Shown piece after piece: positions 49,321 to 56,454 of a stretch of 64,000 nt of DNA. Source of the stretch: an uncultured Candidatus Saccharibacteria bacterium. GTDB lineage: Bacteria; Patescibacteriota; Minisyncoccia; RBG-13-40-8-A. The stretch spans positions 91,903-155,902 of the forward strand of contig OZ246412.1 of the NCBI GenBank assembly GCA_965231075.1. Direction: 5' to 3'. The position numbers and the translations under genes were made by a program. Numbering within the stretch: position 1 is the first letter of the stretch; each line of letters opens with the position of its first letter. The notes beneath the pieces were generated by a model. The model made no database searches. It saw only the letters and a program-made list of their open reading frames with translations, and was not told where the DNA came from.

Positions 49321-50643
49321 ATGATTAAGCTCAAAAAGTTTAATAAAATTTGTATTTCAGTAGTGATTACTGCCATTTTATGTGCTATTCCGCCTACGGC
49401 GGATTTTGTTTTTGCTGAACCCTCTTTTGATCTTGACGTTCAAGAACAAGAAGCCGAGGCACGATTGAAGGAGTTGGAGTCAAAAATTGGTCAATACAAG
49501 CAGGCGATAACCGAGAATCAGCAACAAGCAAAATCATTAAAAACCGAAATCACGATTTTGGACGCACAAATCGACTCTACGGAATTAGAAATTCAAAGAA
49601 CCGATTTGCTGATCAAAAAACTAGACAAACAAATTAATCAAAAAGAAAAATCAATTCGCGAGATAGAACGCGAAGTTGACTTGGAGAAAACCACAATTGC
49701 TGAACTGTTAAGGGAGGTAAGAAAATATGACGACACTTCTCTGGTAGAGGTAGTTTTAACCGAAGGCAATTTATCAGACTTTCTTTTAGAGATGAGGTCT
49801 TTAGAAAATTTTCATCAACAAGTTCAAGAACAACTTAAAAAAATTTCTAATGCTAAACTAGCGCTAGAAAAAGAAAAAACCGATCTCACCAACGAAAAAG
49901 AAGAACAAGCATCTTTAAAGTATATACAAAACGAACAAAGAATCTCACTGGAATCCAAGAAGAAACAAAGAAACAATTTATTGGTACAAACCAAAGGACA
50001 AGAAAATTTATTTAATCAGTTAATGAAAAAAACTCAAGCCGATATTGAGACGATAAAAAATAAACTTTATTTTTTACAAGGAATATCAACTGATGGCTCA
50101 TTGAGATTCGAAGATGCTTATAAATATGCAAAATTTGCCGGAATTCATACCGGAATAAGGCCGGCGTTTCTGTTGGCAATTTTAAGTAGAGAATCAGAGC
50201 TAGGAAAAAATATCGGTAAGGGAACCTGGCGAGTAGACATGAAACCCAGTCAAAGAACATATTATTTACAAATTTGTGAAGAATTGGGAATTGATCCGGA
50301 CAAATACCCCGTATCAAAAAAGGTTTGGTATGGTTGGGGTGGAGCAATGGGGCCAGCACAAATGATGCCAGCAACCTGGTTGGGATATAAAGCTAAAATC
50401 TCCGAAATAACAGGAAACGATCCACCGTCGCCATGGAACATTAAAGACGCATTTGTCGCTTCGGCGCTTTACCTAGTAAATAAAGGAGCGGCCGAAAAAA
50501 CAGAAAAGGCCGAATGGAAGGCGGCAATGATGTATTTGGCTGGTGCGAATTGGCAAAAATCATCTCTACGCTTTTACGGTGATCAAGTAATGGATCGAGC
50601 CGAAAACTTCCAAGAACAGATTGATATTTTGGAAAAAGGATAA
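49321..50643 (+). CDS. coiled-coil protein with C-terminal lytic transglycosylase (Slt-like) domain (paralog of 12542..13921)
   Basis: Signal/TM N-terminus, long coiled coil, then LLAILSRESELGKN and GWGGAMGPAQMMPATW, near-identical motifs to the 12.5-13.9 kb paralog. Confidence 0.6.
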   Translation: MIKLKKFNKICISVVITAILCAIPPTADFVFAEPSFDLDVQEQEAEARLKELESKIGQYKQAITENQQQAKSLKTEITILDAQIDSTELEIQRTDLLIKKLDKQINQKEKSIREIEREVDLEKTTIAELLREVRKYDDTSLVEVVLTEGNLSDFLLEMRSLENFHQQVQEQLKKISNAKLALEKEKTDLTNEKEEQASLKYIQNEQRISLESKKKQRNNLLVQTKGQENLFNQLMKKTQADIETIKNKLYFLQGISTDGSLRFEDAYKYAKFAGIHTGIRPAFLLAILSRESELGKNIGKGTWRVDMKPSQRTYYLQICEELGIDPDKYPVSKKVWYGWGGAMGPAQMMPATWLGYKAKISEITGNDPPSPWNIKDAFVASALYLVNKGAAEKTEKAEWKAAMMYLAGANWQKSSLRFYGDQVMDRAENFQEQIDILEKG

Positions 50644-50691
50644 AAAATAACGACTTACGAAGTCGTTATTTTAAAATTTAATTTCTGTCTT

Positions 50692-51426
50692 TTATTCTCC
50701 CTTCTGGAATTTTTTGATAACCGGATAAAAATTACCGTTGATAATGTCTTCAATGTTATGCCATTCTTTTTTGATGCGATGGTCGGTGATGCGATCTTGG
50801 GGGAAGTTATAAGTGCGAATTTTTTCTGATCTATCAGCGGTGCCAATTTGTGCGTTTCTTTCTTGTCCCAACTTTTGAATATCTTTCTGTGCCAAGAATG
50901 CGAAAAGCCGTGAACGCAATAAGTTCATGGCTGTTTCTTTATTTGCGGCTTGACTGCGTTCGCGTTGAGAGGCAACGACAAACCCCGATGGAATATGTGT
51001 AATTCTGATTGCAGATTCAGTTTTGTTTACATATTGTCCGCCTGGTCCCGAAGAACGAAAAGTATCAATTTTTAAATCACTGGGCTTAATTTCAAATTCC
51101 TTGGGCTCGACATAGGGGAGTACGGCTACTGATGCGGTAGAAGTATGGATTCTGCCATTCTTTTCTGTTTCAGGAATTCTTTGTACGCGATGAACTCCGC
51201 CTTCTTGTTTTAGTAAATTATAGACATCAGTGCCAGAAATTTGAAAACTAATTTCTTTAATTCCTCTGGGCCCGGATTCGCTAGACTCCAAAACTCTTAC
51301 TTTCCAGCCTTGTTTTTCAGCAAAACGAGAATACATTCGATATAAATCAGCAGCAAAAATGGCGGCTTCATCGCCACCAGCCCCAGCTCTAATCTCTATA
51401 ATTATGCTGTTAGGATTAGCACTCAT
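50692..51426 (-). CDS. prfA: peptide chain release factor 1 lacking N-terminal domain 1
   Basis: PxT-type tripeptide (RIPETE, PET), GGQ (SGPGGQYVNKTESAIRITHIP) and C-terminal domain present. Only 244 aa, beginning at domain 2 (MSANPNSIIIEIRAGAGGDEAA). rpmE lies immediately upstream, so there is no room for the missing ~110 aa. Confidence 0.7.
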   Translation of the reverse strand: MSANPNSIIIEIRAGAGGDEAAIFAADLYRMYSRFAEKQGWKVRVLESSESGPRGIKEISFQISGTDVYNLLKQEGGVHRVQRIPETEKNGRIHTSTASVAVLPYVEPKEFEIKPSDLKIDTFRSSGPGGQYVNKTESAIRITHIPSGFVVASQRERSQAANKETAMNLLRSRLFAFLAQKDIQKLGQERNAQIGTADRSEKIRTYNFPQDRITDHRIKKEWHNIEDIINGNFYPVIKKFQKGE

Positions 51427-51439
51427 AAATTAATAAAAT

Positions 51440-51649
51440 TTATTTTGTTTTCTTGGCTAATCGCTTCTTGAATTTATCAACACGTCCAGCAGCGTCAACG
51501 ATTTTGTCTTGGCCAGTGTAAAAGGGGTGACAAGCACTACAAACCTCGACATTGATTTCGGGCTTGGTTGCGCCCATCTTAAAGATTTTGCCACAACCAC
51601 AACGCACTGTTGCGTCGCTGTAATACTTTGGGTGAATATCTTTTTTCAT
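51440..51649 (-). CDS. rpmE: 50S ribosomal protein L31
   Basis: MKKDIHPKY...C.C...C..CHPFYTG zinc-ribbon pattern. Confidence 0.85.
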   Translation of the reverse strand: MKKDIHPKYYSDATVRCGCGKIFKMGATKPEINVEVCSACHPFYTGQDKIVDAAGRVDKFKKRLAKKTK

Positions 51650-51691
51650 AAATTATTTTTACTTATTGAATCTTTCCCGACGTGTGAGTCG

Positions 51692-51731
51692 GGACCCCGA
51701 CCAATGCGTCGGGGTTTTCATATAATTTATG
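51692..51731. repeat. two tandem GC-rich hairpin repeats (CCCGAC-N6-GTCGGG family)
   Basis: cccgacgtgtgagtcggg and accccgaccaatgcgtcgggg, between divergent rpmE and rpsB. Confidence 0.6.
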
Positions 51732-51787
51732 ATATAATATATTTATATGGCAGTCAACCTTGCCCCGTCTTGGCGGGGTAAATGTTG

Positions 51788-51816
51788 ATTTATTTAAATT
51801 CTTATGATAGTATAAA
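51788..51816 (+). promoter_or_regulatory. candidate rpsB promoter (TTGATT-N17-TAGTAT)
   Basis: tgttgatttatttaaattcttatgatagtat, 7 nt upstream of the rpsB start region. Preceded by hairpin ccccgtcttggcgggg. Confidence 0.4.
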
Positions 51817-51822
51817 CTCCAT

Positions 51823-52524
51823 ATGACAAATGAAAATAAAAAAACAATAGTTTCCGAAACATTAGCTAAAGAGATGTTTAGTGCTGGTGTTCATTTTGGA
51901 CACAAAAAAGGTAATCATCATCCCAAGATGGAACAATATATACATGGAATTAAGAACAATATCCAGATTATAAATCTTGAAGAAACAATGAAAGGATTGG
52001 AGAGGGCGCTTAATTTCATTAAAGAAATAGTCGATAAAGGCGGAAAAATTCTTTTTGTCGGCATTAGACCACAGGCTCAGTTAATTTTAAAGGAAACTGC
52101 GGAAAAATGTAAAATGCCGTATGTTTCGCTAAGATGGATAGGCGGACTTTTAACAAATTTTAGAACAGTGAGAAAAAGAATCGATCATTTTATTGGTTTG
52201 GAAAAAAAGAGGGAAGAAGGTGATTTAAAGAAATACACCAAGAAAGAACAGAAGGCGTTTGATAAAGAAATCGATAAGCTAAACAAAAATTTCGGAGGAT
52301 TAAAATCGTTAGACAAGTTGCCAGATGCCGTTTTTATCTTGGGAGTAAAAGATCATTTAACAGCAATTAAAGAAGCGAAAATAAAGAAAATTCCCGTCAT
52401 TTCGCTGGTTGACACAGACAGTAATCCAGAATTAGTTGACTATGTTATTCCCGCTAACGATGAAGCGGTGAGTTCATTGCAATTTATACTTAATCAAGTA
52501 GAAAAAGTAATTATCCCTGAATAA
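51823..52524 (+). CDS. rpsB: 30S ribosomal protein S2
   Basis: GVHFGH, LFVGTK-like, and IDTNS-like (VDTDSNP) motifs. Confidence 0.9.
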   Translation: MTNENKKTIVSETLAKEMFSAGVHFGHKKGNHHPKMEQYIHGIKNNIQIINLEETMKGLERALNFIKEIVDKGGKILFVGIRPQAQLILKETAEKCKMPYVSLRWIGGLLTNFRTVRKRIDHFIGLEKKREEGDLKKYTKKEQKAFDKEIDKLNKNFGGLKSLDKLPDAVFILGVKDHLTAIKEAKIKKIPVISLVDTDSNPELVDYVIPANDEAVSSLQFILNQVEKVIIPE

Positions 52525-52545
52525 GTACGGGGCAATTATAATAAT

Positions 52546-52995
52546 ATGATATCAGCAGATATAGTTAAACAATTAAGAGAAAAAACAGGCGCATCAATGA
52601 TGGATTGTAAAAAGGCCCTCGAAGAAGCCAGTGGTGACGAAGCAAAGGCGATGGAAATTTTGAAAGGAAACAATAAGCTCACAGCAATGAAAAAAGCCGA
52701 AAGAGTTGCCAATCAAGGCTTAATAGAGGCATATATTCATGCTAATGGCAAGATTGGTGTTTTGCTAGAAATAAAATGTGAAACTGATTTTGTCGCCAAA
52801 AACGAAGAATTTAAAGAATTGGCACACGAAATCGCCATGCATATTGCGGGAATGGACTCAAAAGACCCAGATTCATTATTGTCTGAACCATTTATCAAAA
52901 ATCCTTCAATTACCGTTAAAGATTTAATCGAAGCAAAAATTGGTAAATTAGGAGAGAACATGAGGGTAGAAAAATTTATAAGATACGAATTATAA
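52546..52995 (+). CDS. tsf: elongation factor Ts (short form)
   Basis: UBA-like N-terminus (VKQLREKTGASMMDCKKALEEA), then the dimerisation core. 149 aa. Confidence 0.8.
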   Translation: MISADIVKQLREKTGASMMDCKKALEEASGDEAKAMEILKGNNKLTAMKKAERVANQGLIEAYIHANGKIGVLLEIKCETDFVAKNEEFKELAHEIAMHIAGMDSKDPDSLLSEPFIKNPSITVKDLIEAKIGKLGENMRVEKFIRYEL

Positions 52996-53008
52996 TTTCT
53001 GTCTAAGT

Positions 53009-53356
53009 ATGGTTATTATTTTTCAGATTCTTTTGGGGTTAGGTATTGCAGGGCTTCTTGTTTTAATTTTTAAAAAGATCCCTGTTATTTTAAATTATCC
53101 GCGCAAGCCATACGAAAACACTTCTCTGAAAGATAGAATCAAGGAAAGGGTAGGAGCGTTAAAAGAAAAAACAGGAGAAAGCGATTTTTTGCACAAATCA
53201 ATTATTCCTAATTTGGAAAAATTCTTAAGGAAATTCAATGTTTTTGTTTTAAGGCTTCATAATTTTTCTGCGAAAATAGTTAATCATTTACGCAAAAAGA
53301 AACAAGAAAAGATAGAGCAAAACGAAGAGAATAATGACCTAGATTTGCCATCTTAG
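53009..53356 (+). CDS. hypothetical membrane protein
   Basis: One N-terminal TM, K/E-rich tail. The 3' end overlaps tRNA-Thr by 10 nt, so the end is uncertain. Confidence 0.3.
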   Translation: MVIIFQILLGLGIAGLLVLIFKKIPVILNYPRKPYENTSLKDRIKERVGALKEKTGESDFLHKSIIPNLEKFLRKFNVFVLRLHNFSAKIVNHLRKKKQEKIEQNEENNDLDLPS

Positions 53357-53418
53357 CTCAGCGGCAGAGCAACTGTTTTGTAAACAGTAGGTCCTCGGTT
53401 CAAATCCGAGAGATGGCT
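53347..53418 (+). tRNA. tRNA-Thr (anticodon TGT)
   Basis: Acceptor GCCATCT/AGATGGC, anticodon stem ACTGT/ACAGT with loop TTTGTAA, short variable arm (so not Tyr), T-arm CTCGG-TTCAAAT-CCGAG. Confidence 0.8.
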
Positions 53419-53423
53419 TTTGG

Positions 53424-53505
53424 GGGAGCGTCGCATAGCGGCTATTGCAACAGACTGTAAATCTGTCGCCTCACGGCTTCGGTGGTTCGAGTCCACCCGC
53501 TCCCA
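53424..53505 (+). tRNA. tRNA-Tyr (anticodon GTA)
   Basis: Acceptor GGGAGCG/CGCTCCC, anticodon stem ACAGA/TCTGT with loop CTGTAAA, long variable arm, T-arm GGTGG-TTCGAGT-CCACC. Confidence 0.75.
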
Positions 53506-53513
53506 TTCGACTT

Positions 53514-53584
53514 GCCGACGTAGCTCAGTGGTAGAGCGCCTCCATGGTAAGGAGTAGGTCGTGAGTCCAATTCTCACCGTCGGC
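53514..53584 (+). tRNA. tRNA-Thr (anticodon GGT)
   Basis: Acceptor GCCGACG/CGTCGGC, anticodon loop ATGGTAA, T-arm GTGAG-TCCAATT-CTCAC. Confidence 0.75.
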
Positions 53585-53595
53585 TTATAATAAGC

Positions 53596-53636
53596 CCCGA
53601 CGTATAAGTCGGGGTCCCGACCAAAGCGTCGGGATA
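53596..53636. repeat. two tandem GC-rich hairpin repeats (CCCCGAC-N6-GTCGGGG family)
   Basis: gccccgacgtataagtcgggg and tcccgaccaaagcgtcggga, between the tRNA array and rpmG. Confidence 0.6.
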
Positions 53637-53648
53637 AATAAAATATAT

Positions 53649-53807
53649 ATGAAAAAAGACTTTACCGTAAAATTAGCTTGTGAAAAGTGTAAGCGCGTCA
53701 ATCATTTTACTCGCAGAAATAAAAAAACTGTTGAGAAAAAATTAGAGCTTTCAAAGTTTTGCAAGTGGTGTAGAAAAAACACCAAACATAAGGAAGCGAA
53801 AAAATAA
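53649..53807 (+). CDS. rpmG: 50S ribosomal protein L33
   Basis: 52 aa: MKKDFTVKLACEKCKRVNHFTRRNKKTVEKKLELSKFCKWCRKNTKHKEAKK. Four-Cys zinc ribbon typical of L33. Below the ORF-track cut-off. Confidence 0.85.
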   Translation: MKKDFTVKLACEKCKRVNHFTRRNKKTVEKKLELSKFCKWCRKNTKHKEAKK

Positions 53808-53812
53808 TTCGC

Positions 53813-53882
53813 GAGGGGGTGTAGTTTAGTGGTAAAACGATGGTCTCCAACCCCGCAGCTGCGGGGCGATTCCTTCCGGGAC
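53813..53882 (+). other. degenerate tRNA-Trp-like element with embedded CCCCGC-AGCT-GCGGGG palindrome
   Basis: Shares the D-arm and anticodon 5' half (tgtagtttagtggtaaaacgatggtctccaa) with tRNA-Trp at 54148. The anticodon 3' stem and T-arm 5' part are replaced by ccccgcagctgcgggg. The acceptor strands are not complementary, so it cannot fold as a tRNA. Confidence 0.5.
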
Positions 53883-53896
53883 ATAATATTATTATT

Positions 53897-54157
53897 ATGA
53901 TGTATTATGTTTATATTCTTAGAAGTTTAAAAGATAAAAGATTGTATATTGGATATACTTCTGATTTAAAATTACGATACAAAGAACATTGCGATGGCAT
54001 GGTTAAATCCACTGCGAACAGAAGACCGCTAGAGTTAATCTATTATGAGGCCTATAAAAACGAAAAAGACGCGAGAAATAGAGAAAAATACTTAAAAGGC
54101 GGTGGCAAGGCACATAATAATTTAAAACAACAAATCGAAAATAGTATGGGCCTGTAG
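53897..54157 (+). CDS. GIY-YIG nuclease family protein (~86 aa)
   Basis: MMYYVYILRSLKDKRLYIGYTSDLKLRYKEH...NRRPLELIYYEAYKNEKDARNREKYLKGGG carries the GIY...YIG, Arg and Glu/Asn core. The ORF-track N-terminal extension reads through the tRNA-like element and was trimmed. Stop overlaps the first nucleotides of tRNA-Trp. Confidence 0.7.
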   Translation: MMYYVYILRSLKDKRLYIGYTSDLKLRYKEHCDGMVKSTANRRPLELIYYEAYKNEKDARNREKYLKGGGKAHNNLKQQIENSMGL

Positions 54158-54218
54158 TTTAGTGGTAGAACGATGGTCTCCAAAACCATTGGTGGGAGTC
54201 CGATTCTCTCCAGGCCCG
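54148..54218 (+). tRNA. tRNA-Trp (anticodon CCA)
   Basis: Acceptor GGGCCTG/CAGGCCC, anticodon stem ATGGT/ACCAT with loop CTCCAAA, T-arm GGGAG-TCCGATT-CTCTC, discriminator G. Confidence 0.8.
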
Positions 54219-54227
54219 ATTGCTTGA

Positions 54228-54274
54228 GATGGGTCTCCAACCCCGCAGCTGCGGGGCGATTCTCTCCAGGCCCG
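54228..54274 (+). repeat. partial tRNA-Trp-derived repeat (second copy of the palindrome-bearing element)
   Basis: agatgggtctccaa + ccccgcagctgcgggg + cgattctctccaggcccg. The last 18 nt are identical to the 3' end of tRNA-Trp; the middle carries the same 16-nt palindrome as 53851-53866. Confidence 0.55.
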
Positions 54275-54281
54275 AACGAAT

Positions 54282-55256
54282 ATGTCCATAAAACAAATAT
54301 TCGAAAAAATAATAAAATTATTTGGCAATAGAAAAGCAGTAATAATATTTTTTGCTGTTTTGTTTTTTTTAATCTTGGCCCTGGGATTAGTACAGCCCAA
54401 ATGTAGTGGAGAAGACAAAATAATAGTTATTGAAAGGGGGTTGGGATCTGATGAAACCGCACAACTTTTAAAAGACAATGGGATTATAAACAATAAGTGG
54501 GGATTCGTATTTTATTTATGGATAAGTGGCGGGGTCAATCACATTAAAGCAGGAGAATATTTATTAAATTCGAACATGACAATGTCAAAAATTGCTAAGA
54601 TTATTGTCAACGGTGAAATCAACAAGAATTACGTGAAAATTACCATCCCCGAAGGATGGGATATTAAAAAAATCGAAGCACGACTAAAAGACAACGATGT
54701 AATTGCCCAAGATGCAAAAATTCCGCTAGAGAACGAAGGCTATTTATTTCCCGATACGTATTATTTTTACACAAATTCTAGCGTTGATTTGGTAGTAAAA
54801 AAAATGCGCGATAATTTCATGCAAAAAATAAGTGAAATTTCTCCAGAACTTTTAATTGATTCAAGTATGAAATTACGCGATACAATTATTATGGCTAGTA
54901 TTGTGGAAAAGGAAACAAAAACTTATGCCGATAAAAAAATTGTTGCAGGAATTTTTTGGAAAAGGATTAAGAAAAACATGGCATTGCAGTCCTGTGCAAC
55001 AATATCGTATATTTTAGGCGTTGATAAGGCGCAATATACTTATAAAGACACGCGCATAGAATCGCCTTATAATACTTATTTACATGTCGGTCTTCCTCCG
55101 GGACCAATAAACAATCCGGGACTGTGGGCGATTAAGGCAACTTTAAATCCAGAAACAACAGATTATCTGTATTTTTTAAGCGCTCCAGACGGAACAATGA
55201 TTTATTCTCGCACAGCCGAAGAACATAATGAAAACAAGGTAAAATATTTAAATTAA
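54282..55256 (+). CDS. mltG: endolytic murein transglycosylase MltG (YceG family)
   Basis: N-terminal TM, then YceG-like pattern (ITIPEGWDIKKI...LFPDTYYF...GLPPGPINNPG). Confidence 0.8.
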   Translation: MSIKQIFEKIIKLFGNRKAVIIFFAVLFFLILALGLVQPKCSGEDKIIVIERGLGSDETAQLLKDNGIINNKWGFVFYLWISGGVNHIKAGEYLLNSNMTMSKIAKIIVNGEINKNYVKITIPEGWDIKKIEARLKDNDVIAQDAKIPLENEGYLFPDTYYFYTNSSVDLVVKKMRDNFMQKISEISPELLIDSSMKLRDTIIMASIVEKETKTYADKKIVAGIFWKRIKKNMALQSCATISYILGVDKAQYTYKDTRIESPYNTYLHVGLPPGPINNPGLWAIKATLNPETTDYLYFLSAPDGTMIYSRTAEEHNENKVKYLN

Positions 55257-55299
55257 ATGGGCCCCGACGCAAGGTCGGGGTAAACTTGACACAACAATT

Positions 55300-55450
55300 T
55301 AAATATAATAGTATAACAACATAATTAAATGGTCGTAGACAACAGGTTGCGAAAGCTTAAATCCTGTCGAGACTGAAAAGTTTGCGAGTCGAGTACTCAC
55401 GAATTTAGAGGTTTGTCTGCGGAAAGGTCGCAGATTTTTAATTTAAAAAC
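55300..55450 (+). promoter_or_regulatory. rplJ (L10) leader with attenuator hairpin
   Basis: Structured untranslated region ending in gtctgcggaaaggtcgcagattttt (stem tctgcg/cgcaga plus T-run) 10 nt before the rplJ start. Consistent with the autoregulatory L10 leader. Confidence 0.45.
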
Positions 55451-55966
55451 ATGTTAACAAAAAAACAAAAACAGGAAATTGTCGAAGAATTGGCTGGCAA
55501 GATTAAGCGCCAAAAATCTTTGATTTTTACCGATGCCAAGGGAGTCAAGGTTAAAGACGTTCAGGCGGTAAGAAAAGAGTTGAAAAAATTAGATGCCGAA
55601 TATAAAGTCGCAAAAAAAACTTTAATTGATTTGGCTCTAAAAAAAGAGGGCAAAGAAATAAATCTATCTGAATTTAGTGGATCTTTGGCCTCGAGTTTTG
55701 GATACAACGATCCAATATCTTTAATCAAGGTTCTTACCAAACTAGCTAAAACCAATGATAAGTTTAAAATCTTGGGTGGTATGGTTGAGGGCAGAGTTCT
55801 GTCGGCGTCAGAAATCAAAGAATTATCAAAAATTCCTTCTAAAGAAATTTTATTGGCCAAGTTGGTTGGTTCAATAAAAAGTCCAATCAGTGGTTTTGCA
55901 AATGTGTTGCAAGGAAATCTAAGGAATTTAGTGGGCGTGTTAAACGCAATTAAGGATAATAAATAA
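55451..55966 (+). CDS. rplJ: 50S ribosomal protein L10
   Basis: MLTKKQKQEIVEEL...TDAKGVKV...R pattern. Followed by rplL. Confidence 0.85.
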   Translation: MLTKKQKQEIVEELAGKIKRQKSLIFTDAKGVKVKDVQAVRKELKKLDAEYKVAKKTLIDLALKKEGKEINLSEFSGSLASSFGYNDPISLIKVLTKLAKTNDKFKILGGMVEGRVLSASEIKELSKIPSKEILLAKLVGSIKSPISGFANVLQGNLRNLVGVLNAIKDNK

Positions 55967-55984
55967 TTAACATTAAACAAACAC

Positions 55985-56395
55985 ATGACTGAAGAAAAAA
56001 AAGATGTTCAAGTTCCCGAAAAATTCAAAAAATTAGTCGATGAAATTGAAAAAATGACTGTTATGGATTTATCGGAACTTGTAAAAGTTTTAGAAGAAAA
56101 ATTTGGAGTTAGCGCGATGGCTGCTATGCCAATGATGGCTGGTGGTGCCGCTGGCGGTGGTGAACCCGCAGAGAAAGCCGAAAAAACAGCTTTTAATGTT
56201 GAATTAAAAGCGGCTGGAGATCAAAAAATTCAAGTAATTAAAATTGTCGGTGAAATTACCGGACTTGGGTTAAAAGAATCGAAGGCAATTGTTGACGGCG
56301 CTCCAAAGATTATTAAAGAAAACGTAAAGAAAGAAGAAGCCGAAGAAATGAAGACCAAATTGGAAGGCGTCGGCGCAACCGTGGAATTAAAATAA
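55985..56395 (+). CDS. rplL: 50S ribosomal protein L7/L12
   Basis: Ala/Gly-rich hinge ([15 protein letters not shown]), C-terminal [29 protein letters not shown]...[10 protein letters not shown]. Confidence 0.9.
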   Translation: MTEEKKDVQVPEKFKKLVDEIEKMTVMDLSELVKVLEEKFGVSAMAAMPMMAGGAAGGGEPAEKAEKTAFNVELKAAGDQKIQVIKIVGEITGLGLKESKAIVDGAPKIIKENVKKEEAEEMKTKLEGVGATVELK

Positions 56396-56418
56396 TTTCA
56401 TAGAGCTTTAAATAAAAA

Positions 56419-56446
56419 CACCCCGCAACCGCGGGGTGTTTTTATT
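56419..56446. terminator. bidirectional intrinsic terminator
   Basis: acaccccgcaaccgcggggtgt flanked by A-run and T-run, between convergent rplL and the 56455..58449 gene. Confidence 0.6.
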
Positions 56447-56454
56447 TGTTTGTA

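Noticed and set aside
53353-54493. Minus-strand ORFs 53353..53577, 53702..53884, 54052..54240 and 54122..54493
   Set aside because: They are translations of the tRNA genes and the ccccgcagctgcgggg repeat (shared peptide RESPRSCGVGD), or antisense to rpmG and the GIY-YIG gene.
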